From assembly GCA_002189035.1 (NCBI GenBank), contig NEEC01000470.1, positions 1 through 24,735 of the forward strand: a stretch of DNA of 24,735 nt, in the 5' to 3' direction. The notes beneath the pieces are model-generated. The model did no database searches. It had not been told where the DNA came from and was given only the letters and a program-made list of their open reading frames with translations. The stretch is from Utricularia gibba. Its lineage: Eukaryota > Plantae > Magnoliophyta. Shown here piece by piece: positions 10,510-22,622 of this stretch (position 1 is its first letter; each line of letters starts with the position of its first letter). A program made the translations under genes and the position numbers.

Positions 10510-13500
10510 CTCGACGAAAATCGTGATGCAGTTATTGAAGTTAGGATTTCATGAGCACCCAAAATGGTTTTCTCAACCGCATGCTTTATATTTGATAAGG
10601 TGCTCTCGTGGGGCAACGGTATCGAGTAGAGGTCGAGTCGAGCTCGGGCCCATAGTCATTTGTAGCTCGGCAAAAAACTTGATGCATTTATTAACGGTTG
10701 GTTTTAATAGGCTGCCTCAATGGTTTTCTCAAGGAAAAGCTTGTCGTTTTTGGGCGGGTGATGTCGTTGTGAACTTCGTTCTGACCCAAGGTTCGGTCTG
10801 TCTCCTTTGCCAAATCTGGTCCTACTCGACGAAAATCGTGATGCAGTTATTGAAGTTAGGATTTCATGAGCACCCAAAATGCTTTTCAATCGCATGCTTT
10901 GTAGTTGAGGAGGCGCTCTAGTGGGCACGGTATCGGGCAAAAGGTCGAGTCGGGCTCGCTCCCAGAGTCATTTTTAGCCTGTCAAAAAAAGTGATGCATT
11001 TATTAACGTTGGGTTTTAATAGGCTGCCTACATGGTTTCTCAAGGAAAAGCTTGTCGTTTCTGGCGGTGATGTTTTTTGGAACTTCGTTCTGACCATAGG
11101 TTCGGTCTGACTCCTTTGCCACATCGGGTCCTACTCGACGAAAATCGTGATGCAGTTATTGAAGTTAGGATTTCATGAGCACCCAAAATGGTTTTCTCAA
11201 CCGCATGCTTTATATTTGATAAGTGCTCTCGTGGGGCAACGGTATCGAGTAGGAGGTCGAGTCGAGCTCGGGCCCATAGTCATTTGTAGCTCGGCAAAAA
11301 ACTTGATGCATTTATTAACGGTTGGTTTTAATAGGCTGCCTCAATGGTTTTCTCAAGGAAAAGCTTGTCGTTTTGGGCGGGTGATGTCGTTGTGAACTTC
11401 GTTCTGACCCAAGGTTCGGTCTGTCCTTTGCCAAATCTGGTCCTACTCGACGAAAATCGTGATGCAGTTATTGAAGTTAGGATTTCATGAGCACCCAAAA
11501 TGCTTTTCAATCGCATGCTTTGTAGTTGAGGAGGCGCTCTAGTGGGGCACGGTATCGGGCAAAAGGTCGAGTCGGGCTCGCTCCCAGAGTCATTTTTAGC
11601 CTGTCAAAAAAAGTGATGCATTTATTAACGTTGGTTTTAATAGGCTGCCTACATGGTTTCTCAAGGAAAAGCTTGTCGTTTCTGGGCGGGTGATGTCTTT
11701 TGGAACTTCGTTCTGACCATAGGTTCGGTCTGACTCCTTTGCCACATCGGGTCCTACTCGACGAAAATCGTGATGCAGTTATTGAAGTTAGGATTTCATG
11801 AGCACCCAAAATGGTTTTCTCAACCGCATGCTTTATATTTGATAAGGTGCTCTCGTGGGGCAACGGTATCGAGTAGGAGGTCGAGTCGAGCTCGGGCCCA
11901 TAGTCATTTGTAGCTCGGCAAAAAACTTGATGCATTTATTAACGGTTGGTTTTAATAGGCTGCCTCAATGGTTTTCTCAAGGAAAAGCTTGTCGTTTTTG
12001 GGCGGGTGATGTCGTTGTGAACTTCGTTCTGACCCAAGGTTCGGTCTGTCTCCTTTGCCAAATCTGGTCCTACTCGACGAAAATCGTGATGCAGTTATTG
12101 AAGTTAGGATTTCATGAGCACCCAAAATGCTTTTGTCAATCGCATGCTTTGTAGTTGAGGAGGCGCTCTAGTGGGGCACGGTATCGGGCAAAAGGTCGAG
12201 TCGGGCTCGCCCCAGAGTCATTTTTAGCCCGGCAAAAAAATTGATGCATTTATTAACGTTGGGTTTTAATAGGCTGCCTACATGGTTTCTCAAGGAAAAG
12301 CTTGTCGTTTCTGGGCGGGTGATGTCTTTTGGAACTTCGTTCTGACCATAGGTTCGGTCTGACTCCTTTGCCACATCGGGTCCTACTCGACGAAAATCGT
12401 GATGCAGTTATTGAAGTTAGGATTTCATGAGCACCCAAAATGGTTTTCTCAACCGCATGCTTTATATTTGATAAGGTGCTCTCGTGGGGCAACGGTATCG
12501 AGTAGGAGGTCGAGTCGAGCTCGGGCCCATAGTCATTTGTAGCTCGGCAAAAAACTTGATGCATTTATTAACGGTTGGTTTTAATAGGCTGCCTCAATGG
12601 TTTTCTCAAGGAAAAGCTTGTCGTTTTTGGGCGGGTGATGTCGTTGTGAACTTCGTTCTGACCCAAGGTTCGGTCTGTCTCCTTTGCCAAATCGGTCCTA
12701 CTCGACGAAAATCGTGATGCAGTTATTGAAGTTAGGATTCATGAGCACCCAAAATGGTTTTCTCAACCGCTGCTTTATATTTGAGGAGGCTCTCGTGGGG
12801 CAACGGTATCGAGGGAGGTCGAGTCGAGCTCGGGCCAGAGTCATTTGTAGCCCGGCAAAAAAATTGATGCATTTATTAACGTTGGTTTTAATAGGCTGCC
12901 TACATGTTTCTCAAGGAAAAGCTTGTCGTTTTTGGGCGGGTGATGTCTTTTGGAACTTCGTTCTGACCATAGGTTCGGTCTGACTCCTTTGCCACATCGG
13001 GTCCTACTCGACGAAAATCGTGATGCAGTTATTGAAGTTAGGATTCATGAGCACCCAAAATGGTTTTCTCAACCGCATGCTTTATATTTGATAAGGCACT
13101 CTCGTGGGGCAACGGTATCGAGCAGGAGGTCGAGTCGAGCTCGGGCCCATAGTCATTTGTAGCCCGGCAAAAAATTGATGCATTTATTAACGGTTGGTTT
13201 TAATAGGCTGCCTCAATGGTTTTCTCAAGGAAAAGCTTGTCGTTTTTGGGCGGGTGATGTCGTTGTGAACTTCGTTCTGACCCAAGGTTCGGTCTGTCTC
13301 CTTTGCCAAATCTGGTCCTACTCGACGAAAATCGTGATGCAGTTATTGAAGTTAGGATTTCATGAGCACCCAAAATGCTTTTTCAATCGCATGCTTTGTA
13401 GTTGAGGAGGCGCTCTAGTGGGGCACGGTATCGGGCAAAAGGTCGAGTCGGGCTCGCTCCAAGAGTCATTTTTAGCCTGTCAAAAAAATGATGCATTTAT

Positions 13501-13632
13501 TAACGTTGGGTTTTAATAGGCTGCCTACATGGTTTCTCAAGGAAAAGCTTGTCGTTTCTGGGCGGGTGATGTCTTTTGGAACTTCGTTCTGACCATAGGT
13601 TCGGTCTGACTCCTTTGCCACATCGGGTCCTA
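10510..13632 (+). repeat. Longest higher-order run: about five consecutive A-B dimers (three clean, two partly mosaic)
   Basis: A at 10510, 11134, 11757 and 12386; C-head/A-tail hybrid at 13007. B at 10825, 11446, 12073 and 13321; weak B' at 12701. Dimer periods are 624, 623, 629, 621 and 626 bp. Confidence 0.88.
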
Positions 13633-15183
13633 CTCGACGAAAATCGTGATGCAGTTATTGAAGTTAGGATATCATGAGCACCCAAAATGGTTTTCTCAAC
13701 CGCATGCTTTATATTTGATAAGGCACTCGTGGGGCAACGGTATCGAGCAGGAGGTCGAGTCGAGCTCGGCCCAGAGTCATTTGTAGCCCGGCAAAAAAAT
13801 TGATGCATTTATTAACGTTCGGCTTTATTAGGCTGCCTACATAGTTTCTCAAGGAAAAGCTTGTCGTTTCTGGGCGGGTGATGTCTTTTGGAACTTCGTT
13901 CTGACCATAGGTTCGGTCTGACTCCTTTGCCACATCGGGTCCTACTCGACGAAAATCGTGATGCAGTTATTGAAGTTAGGATTCATGAGCACCCAAAATG
14001 GTTTTCTCAACCGCATGCTTTATATTTGATAAGGTGCTCTCGTGGGGCAACGGTATCGAGTAGGAGGTCGAGTCGAGCTCGGGCCCATAGTCATTTGTAG
14101 CTCGGCAAAAAACTTGATGCATTTATTAACGTTGGTTTTAATAGGCTGCCTACATGGTTTTCTCAAGGAAAAGCTTGTCGTTTTGGGCGGGTGATGTCTT
14201 TTGGAACTTCGTTCTGACCAAGGTCGGTCTGACTCCTTTGCCACATCGGGTCCTACTCGACGAAAATCGTGATGCAGTTATTGAAGTTAGGATATCATGA
14301 GCACCCAAAATGGTTTTCTCAACCGCATGCTTTATATTTGATAAGGCACTCTCGTGGGGCAACGGTATCGAGCAGGAGGTCGAGTCGAGCTCGGGCCCAG
14401 AGTCATTTGTAGCCCGGCAAAAAAATTGATGCATTTATTAACGTTCGGTTTAATAGGCTGCCTACATGTTTCTCAAGGAAAAGCTTGTCGTTTCTGGGCG
14501 GGTGATGTCTTTTGGAACTTCGTTCTGACCATAGGTTCGGTCTGACTCCTTTGCCACATCGGGTCCTACTCGACGAAAATCGTGATGCAGTTATTGAAGT
14601 TAGGATTCATGAGCACCCAAAATGGTTTTCTCAACCGCATGCTTTATATTTGATAAGGCACTCTCGTGGGGCAACGGTATCGAGCAGGAGGTCGAGTCGA
14701 GCTCGGCCCAGAGTCATTTGTAGCCCGGCAAAAAAATTGATGCATTTATTAACGTTGGTTTATTAGGCTGCCTACATGTTTCTCAAGGAAAAGCTTGTCG
14801 TTTCTGGGCGGGTGATGTTTTGGAACTTCGTTCTGACCAAGGTTCGGTCTGACTCCTTTGCCACATCGGTCCTACTCGACGAAAATCGTGATGCAGTTAT
14901 TGAAGTTAGGATTCATGAGCACCCAAAATGGTTTTCTCAACCGCATGCTTTATATTTGATAAGGCACTCTCGTGGGGCAACGGTATCGAGCAGGAGGTCG
15001 AGTCGAGCTCGGGCCCAGAGTCATTTGTAGCCCGGCAAAAAAATTGATGCATTTATTAACGTTGGTTTATTAGGCTGCCTACATGTTTCTCAAGGAAAAG
15101 CTTGTCGTTTCTGGGCGGGTGATGTCTTGGGAACTTCGTTCTGACCCAAGGTTCGGTCTGTCCCTTTGCCACATCGGGTCCTA
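13633..15183 (+). repeat. C-subfamily-rich block (C, A-head mosaic, C, C, C)
   Basis: GATAAGGCAC at monomers 13633, 14256, 14569 and 14875. The GGATATCATG variant occurs at 13668 and 14291. Confidence 0.8.
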
Positions 15184-16415
15184 CTCGACGAAAATCGTGA
15201 TGCAGTTATTGAAGTTAGGATTTCATGAGCACCCAAAATGGTTTTCTCAACGCATGCTTTATATTTGATAGGCGCTCTTGGGGCACGGTATCGGGCAAAA
15301 GGTCGAGTCGAGCTCGCTCCCAGAGTCATTTGTAGCCCGGCAAAAAAATTGATGCATTTATTAACGTTCGGCTTATTAGGCTGCCTACATAGTTTCTCAA
15401 GGAAAAGCTTGTCGTTTCTGGGCGGGATGTCGTTGGGAACTTCGTTCGGACCCAAGGTTCGGTCTGACTCCTTTGCCACATCGGGTCCTACTCGACGAAA
15501 ATCGTGATGCAGTTATTGAAGTTAGGATTCATGAGCACCCAAAATGGTTTTCTCAACCGCATGCTTTATATTTGAGGAGGGCTCTCGTGGGGCAACGGTA
15601 TCGAGTAGGAGGTCGAGTCGAGCTCGGGCCCATAGTCATTTGTAGCTCGGCAAAAAAACTTGATGCATTTATTAACGTTGGTTTTAATAGGCTGCTACAT
15701 GTTTTCTCAGGAAAAGCTTGTCGTTTTTGGGCGGGTGATGTTTTGTGAACTTCGTTCTGACCCAAGGTTCGGTCTGACTCCTTTGCCACATCGGTCCTAC
15801 TCGACGAAAATCGTGATGCAGTTATTGAAGTTAGGATTTCATGAGCACCCAAAATGGTTTTCTCAACCGCATGCTTTATATTTGATAAGGTGCTCTCGTG
15901 GGGCAACGGTATCGAGCAGGAGGTCGAGTCGAGCTCGGGCCCAGAGTCATTTGTAGCCGACAAAAAATTGATGCATTTATTAACGTTGGTTATAGGCTGC
16001 CTACATAGTTTCTCAAGGAAAAGCTTGTCGTTTCTGGCGGGTGATGTCGTTGGAACTTCGTTCTGACCAAGGTTCGGTCTGACTCCTTTGCCACATCGGG
16101 TCCTACTCGACGAAAATCGTGATGCAGTTATTGAAGTTAGGATTCATGAGCACCCAAATGGTTTTCTCAACCGCATGCTTTATATTTGAGGAGGCGCTCT
16201 CGTGGGGCAACGGTATCGAGCAGGAGGTCGAGTCGAGCTCGGGCCCATAGTCATTTGTAGCTCGGCAAAAAACTTGATGCATTTATTAACGTTGGGTTTT
16301 AATAGGCGCCTACATTGTTTTCTCAAGGAAAAGCTTGTCGTTTCTGGCGGGTGATGTCGTTGGAACTTCGTTCTGACCAAGGTTCGGTCTGACTCCTTTG
16401 CCACATCGGGTCCTA

Positions 16416-18278
16416 CTCGACGAAAATCGTGATGCAGTTATTGAAGTTAGGATTTCATGAGCACCCAAAATGGTTTTCTCAACCGCATGCTTTATATTTG
16501 ATAAGGTGCTCTCGTGGGGCAACGGTATCGAGTAGGAGGTCGAGTCGAGCTCGGGCCCATAGTCATTTGTAGCTCGGCAAAAAACTTGATGCATTTATTA
16601 ACGGTTGGTTTTAATAGGCTGCCTCAATGGTTTTCTCAAGGAAAAGCTTGTCGTTTTTGGGCGGGTGATGTCGTTGTGAACTTCGTTCTGACCCAAGGTT
16701 CGGTCTGTCTCCTTTGCCAATCTGGTCCTACTCGACGAAAATCGTGATGCAGTTATTGAAGTTAGGATTTCATGAGCACCCAAAATGCTTTTGTCAATCG
16801 CATGCTTTGTAGTTGAGGAGGCGCTCTAGTGGGGCACGGTATCGGGCAAAAGGTCGAGTCGGGCTCGCTCCCAGAGTCATTTTTAGCCTGTCAAAAAATG
16901 ATGCATTTATTAACGTTGGGTTTTAATAGGCTGCCTACATGGTTTCTCAAGGAAAAGCTTGTCGTTTCTGGGCGGGTGATGTCTTTTGGAACTTCGTTCT
17001 GACCATAGGTTCGGTCTGACTCCTTTGCCACATCGGGTCCTACTCGACGAAAATCGTGATGCAGTTATTGAAGTTAGGATTTCATGAGCACCCAAAATGG
17101 TTTTCTCAACCGCATGCTTTATATTTGATAAGGTGCTCTCGTGGGGCAACGGTATCGAGTAGGAGGTCGAGTCGAGCTCGGGCCCATAGTCATTTGTAGC
17201 TCGGCAAAAAAACTTGATGCATTTATTAACGTTGGTTTTAATAGGCTGCCTCAATTTTCTCAAGGAAAAGCTTGTCGTTTTTGGGCGGGTGATGTCGTTG
17301 TGAACTTCGTTCTGACCCAAGGTTCGGTCTGTCCTTTGCCAAATCTGGTCCTACTCGACGAAAATCGTGATGCAGTTATTGAAGTTAGGATTTCATGAGC
17401 ACCAAAATGCTTTTCAACGCATGCTTTGTATTGAGGAGGCGCTCTAGTGGGCAACGGTATCGGGCAGGTCGAGTCGGGCTCGGCCCAGAGTCATTTGTAG
17501 CCGGCAAAAAATTGATGCATTTATTAACGTTGGGTTTTAATAGGCTGCCTACATGGTTTCTCAAGGAAAAGCTTGTCGTTTCTGGGCGGGTGATGTCTTT
17601 TGGAACTTCGTTCTGACCATAGGTTCGGTCTGACTCCTTTGCCACATCGGGTCCTACTCGACGAAAATCGTGATGCAGTTATTGAAGTTAGGATTTCATG
17701 AGCACCCAAAATGGTTTTCTCAACGCATGCTTTATATTTGATAAGGTGCTCTCGTGGGGCAACGGTATCGAGTAGGAGGTCGAGTCGAGCTCGGGCATAG
17801 TCATTTGTAGCTCGGCAAAAAACTTGATGCATTTATTAACGGTTGGTTTTAATAGGCTGCCTCAATGGTTTTCTCAAGGAAAAGCTTGTCGTTTTTGGGC
17901 GGGTGATGTCGTTGTGAACTTCGTTCTGACCCAAGGTTCGGTCTGTCTCCTTTGCCAAATCTGGTCCTACTCGACGAAAATCGTGATGCAGTTATTGAAG
18001 TTAGGATTCATGAGCACCCAAAATGCTTTTTCAATCGCATGCTTTGTAGTTGAGGAGGCGCTCTAGTGGGGCACGGTATCGGGCAAAAGGTCGAGTCGGG
18101 CTCGCCCAGAGTCATTTTAGCCTGTCAAAAAAAGTGATGCATTTATTAACGTTGGGTTTTAATAGGCTGCCTACATGGTTTCTCAAGGAAAAGCTTGTCG
18201 TTTCTGGGCGGGTGATGTCTTTTGGAACTTCGTTCTGACCATAGGTTCGGTCTGACTCCTTTGCCACATCGGGTCCTA
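16416..18278 (+). repeat. Three consecutive A-B higher-order dimers
   Basis: A at 16416, 17043 and 17657; B at 16731, 17354 and 17970. Periods are 627, 614 and 622 bp. A C monomer follows at 18279. Confidence 0.88.
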
Positions 18279-20132
18279 CTCGACGAAAATCGTGATGCAG
18301 TTATTGAAGTTAGGATTCATGAGCACCCAAAATGGTTTTCTCAACCGCATGCTTTATATTTGATAAGGCACTCTCGTGGGGCAACGGTATCGAGTAGGAG
18401 GTCGAGTCGAGCTCGGGCCAGAGTCATTTGTAGCCGGCAAAAAAATTGATGCATTTATTAACGTTGGTTTATTAGGCTGCCTACATAGTTTCTCAAGGAA
18501 AAGCTTGTCGTTTTGGCGGGTGATGTCTTTTGGAACTTCGTTCTGACCAAGGTTCGCTGACTCCTTTGCCACATCGGGTCCTACTCGACGAAAATCGTGA
18601 TGCAGTTATTGAAGTTAGGATTCATGAGCACCCAAAATGGTTTTCTCAACCGCATGCTTTATATTTGATAGGCGCTCTCGTGGGGCAACGGTATCGAGTA
18701 GGAGGTCGAGTCGAGCTCGGCCCATAGTCATTTGTAGCCCGGCAAAAAAATTGATGCATTTATTAACGTTGGTTTTAATAGGCTGCCTACATGTTTTCTC
18801 AAGGAAAAGCTTGTCGTTTTGGCGGGTGATGTCGTTGGAACTTCGTTCTGACCCAAGGTTCGGTCTGACTCCTTTGCCACATCGGGTCCTACTCGACGAA
18901 AATCGTGATGCAGTTATTGAAGTTAGGATTTCATGAGCACCCAAAATGGTTTTCTCAACCGCATGCTTTATATTTGATAAGGCGCTCTCGTGGGGCAACG
19001 GTATCGAGCAGGAGGTCGAGTCGAGCTCGGGCCCATAGTCATTTGTAGCTCGGCAAAAAAATTGATGCATTTATTAACGTTGGTTTTAATAGGCTGCCTA
19101 CATGTTTCTCAAGGAAAAGCTTGTCGTTTCTGGGCGGGTGATGTCGTTGGGAACTTCGTTCTGACCAAGGTTCGGTCTGACTCCTTTGCCACATCGGTCC
19201 TACTCGACGAAAATCGTGATGCAGTTATTGAAGTTAGGATTTCATGAGCACCCAAAATGGTTTTTTCAACCGCATGCTTTATATTTGATAAGGCTCTCGT
19301 GGGGCAACGGTATCGAGCAGGAGGTCGAGTCGAGCTCGGGCCCATAGTCATTTGTAGCCGGCAAAAAACTTGATGCATTTATTAACGTTGGTTTAATAGG
19401 CTGCCTACATGTTTTCTCAAGGAAAAGCTTGTCGTTTTGGCGGGTGATGTCTTTTGGAACTTCGTTCTGACCAAGGTTCGGTCTGACTCCTTTGCCACAT
19501 CGGGTCCTACTCGACGAAAATCGTGATGCAGTTATTGAAGTTAGGATTCATGAGCACCCAAAATGGTTTTCTCAACCGCATGCTTTATATTTGAGGAGGC
19601 GCTCTCGTGGGGCACGGTATCGAGTAGGAGGTCGAGTCGAGCTCGGGCCCATAGTCATTTGTAGCCCGGCAAAAAATTGATGCATTTATTAACGTTGGTT
19701 TTTAATAGGCTGCCTACATGTTTCTCAAGGAAAAGCTTGTCGTTTCTGGGCGGGTGATGTCGTTGGGAACTTCGTTCTGACCCAAGGTTCGTCTGACTCC
19801 TTTGCCACATCGGGTCCTACTCGACGAAAATCGTGATGCAGTTATTGAAGTTAGGATTTCATGAGCACCCAAAATGGTTTTCTCAACCGCATGCTTTATA
19901 TTTGATAAGGTGCTCTCGTGGGGCAACGGTATCGAGCAGGAGGTCGAGTCGAGCTCGGGCCCATAGTCATTTGTAGCTCGGCAAAAAACTTGATGCATTT
20001 ATTAACGTTGGTTTTTTAATAGGCTGCCTACATGTTTTCTCAAGGAAAAGCTTGTCGTTTCTGGCGGGTGATGTCGTTGGGAACTTCGTTCTGACCAAGG
20101 TTCGGTCTGACTCCTTTGCCAAATCGGTCCTA

Positions 20133-21376
20133 CTCGACGAAAATCGTGATGCAGTTATTGAAGTTAGGATTTCATGAGCACCCAAAATGGTTTTCTCAAC
20201 CGCATGCTTTATATTTGATAAGGCACTCTCGTGGGGCAACGGTATCGAGCAGGAGGTCGAGTCGAGCTCGGGCCCATAGTCATTTGTAGCTCGGCAAAAA
20301 ACTTGATGCATTTATTAACGGTTGGTTTTAATAGGCTGCTCAATGGTTTTCTCAAGGAAAAGCTTGTCGTTTTTGGGCGGGTGATGTCGTTGTGAACTTC
20401 GTTCTGACCCAAGGTTCGGTCTGTCTCCTTTGCCAAATCTGGTCCTACTCGACGAAAATCGTGATGCAGTTATTGAAGTTAGGATTTCATGAGCACCCAA
20501 AATGCTTTTCAATCGCATGCTTTAGTTTGAGGAGGCGCTCTAGTGGGGCACGGTATCGGGCAAAAGGTCGAGTCGGGCTCGCCCAGAGTCATTTTTAGCC
20601 TGTCAAAAAAAGTGATGCATTTATTAACGTTGGGTTTTAATAGGCTGCCTACATGGTTTCTCAAGGAAAAGCTTGTCGTTTCTGGGCGGGTGATGTCTTT
20701 TGGAACTTCGTTCTGACCATAGGTTCGGTCTGACTCCTTTGCCACATCGGGTCCTACTCGACGAAAATCGTGATGCAGTTATTGAAGTTAGGATTTCATG
20801 AGCACCCAAAATGGTTTTCAACCGCATGCTTTATATTTGATAAGGTGCTCGTGGGGCAACGGTATCGAGTAGGAGGTCGAGTCGAGCTCGGGCCCATAGT
20901 CATTTGTAGCTCGGCAAAAAACTTGATGCATTTATTAACGGTTGTTTTAATAGGCTGCCTCAATGGTTTTCTCAAGGAAAAGCTTGTCGTTTTGGGCGGG
21001 TGATGTCGTTGTGAACTTCGTTCTGACCAAGGTTCGGTCTGTCTCCTTTGCCAAATCTGGTCCTACTCGACGAAAATCGTGATGCAGTTATTGAAGTTAG
21101 GATTTCATGAGCACCCAAAATGCTTTTCAATCGCATGCTTTGTAGTTGAGGAGGCGCTCTAGTGGGGCACGGTATCGGGCAAAAGGTCGAGTCGGGCTCG
21201 CCCCAGAGTCATTTTTAGCCTGTCAAAAAAAGTGATGCATTTATTAACGTTGGGTTTTAATAGGCTGCCTACATGGTTTCTCAAGGAAAAGCTTGTCGTT
21301 TCTGGGCGGGTGATGTCTTTTGGAACTTCGTTCTGACCATAGGTTCGGTCTGACTCCTTTGCCACATCGGGTCCTA
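20133..21376 (+). repeat. Two A-B higher-order dimers (the first A is a C-head/A-tail hybrid)
   Basis: A or A-tail at 20133 and 20757; B at 20448 and 21066 with TAGCCTGTCAAAAAAAGTG. Periods are 624 and 620 bp. A C monomer follows at 21377. Confidence 0.85.
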
Positions 21377-22622
21377 CTCGACGAAAATCGTGATGCAGTT
21401 ATTGAAGTTAGGATATCATGAGCACCCAAAATGGTTTTCTCAACCGCATGCTTTATATTTGATAAGGCACTCTCGTGGGGCAACGGTATCGAGTAGGAGG
21501 TCGAGTCGAGCTCGGGCCCAGAGTCATTTGTAGCCGGCAAAAAAATTGATGCATTTATTAACGTTCGGCTTTATTAGGCTGCCTACATAGTTTCTCAAGG
21601 AAAAGCTTGTCGTTTCTGGCGGGTGATGTCTTTTGAACTTCGTTCTGACCCAAGGTTCTGTGACTCCTTTGCCACATCGGTCCTACTCGACGAAAATCGT
21701 GATGCAGTTATTGAAGTTAGGATTCATGAGCACCCAAAATGGTTTTCTCAACCGCATGCTTTATATTTGAGGAGGCGCTCTCGTGGGGCAACGGTATCGA
21801 GCAGGAGGTCGAGTCGAGCTCGGGCCATAGTCATTTGTAGCTCGGCAAAAAACTTGATGCATTAATTAACGTTGGGTTTTAATAGGCGCCTACATTGTTT
21901 TCTCAAGGAAAAGCTTGTCGTTTCTGCGCGGGTGATGTCGTTGGGAACTTCGTTCTGACCCAAGGTTCGTCTGACTCCTTTGCCACATCGGGTCCTACTC
22001 GACGAAAATCGTGATGCAGTTATTGAAGTTAGGATTTCATGAGCACCCAAAATGGTTTTCTCAACCGCATGCTTTATATTTGATAAGGTGCTCTCGTGGG
22101 GCAACGGTATCGAGTAGGAGGTCGAGTCGAGCTCGGGCCCATAGTCATTTGTAGCTCGGCAAAAAACTTGATGCATTTATTAACGGTTGGTTTAATAGGC
22201 TGCCTACATTGTTTTCTCAAGGAAAAGCTTGTCGTTTCTGGGCGGGTGATGTCGTTGGGAACTTCGTTCTGACCCAAGGTTCGGTCTGTCTCCTTTGCCA
22301 AATCTGGTCCTACTCGACGAAAATCGTGATGCAGTTATTGAAGTTAGGATTTCATGAGCACCCAAAATGCTTTTTCAATCGCATGCTTTATATTTGATAA
22401 GGCTCTCGTGGGGCAACGGTATCGAGCAGGAGGTCGAGTCGAGCTCGGGCCCATAGTCATTTGTAGCTCGGCAAAAAACTTGATGCATTTATTAACGTTG
22501 GTTTTAATAGGCTGCCTCAATGGTTTTCTCAAGGAAAAGCTTGTCGTTTTTGGGCGGGTGATGTCGTTGGAACTTCGTTCTGACCAAGGTTCGGTCTGAC
22601 TCCTTTGCCACATCGGGTCCTA

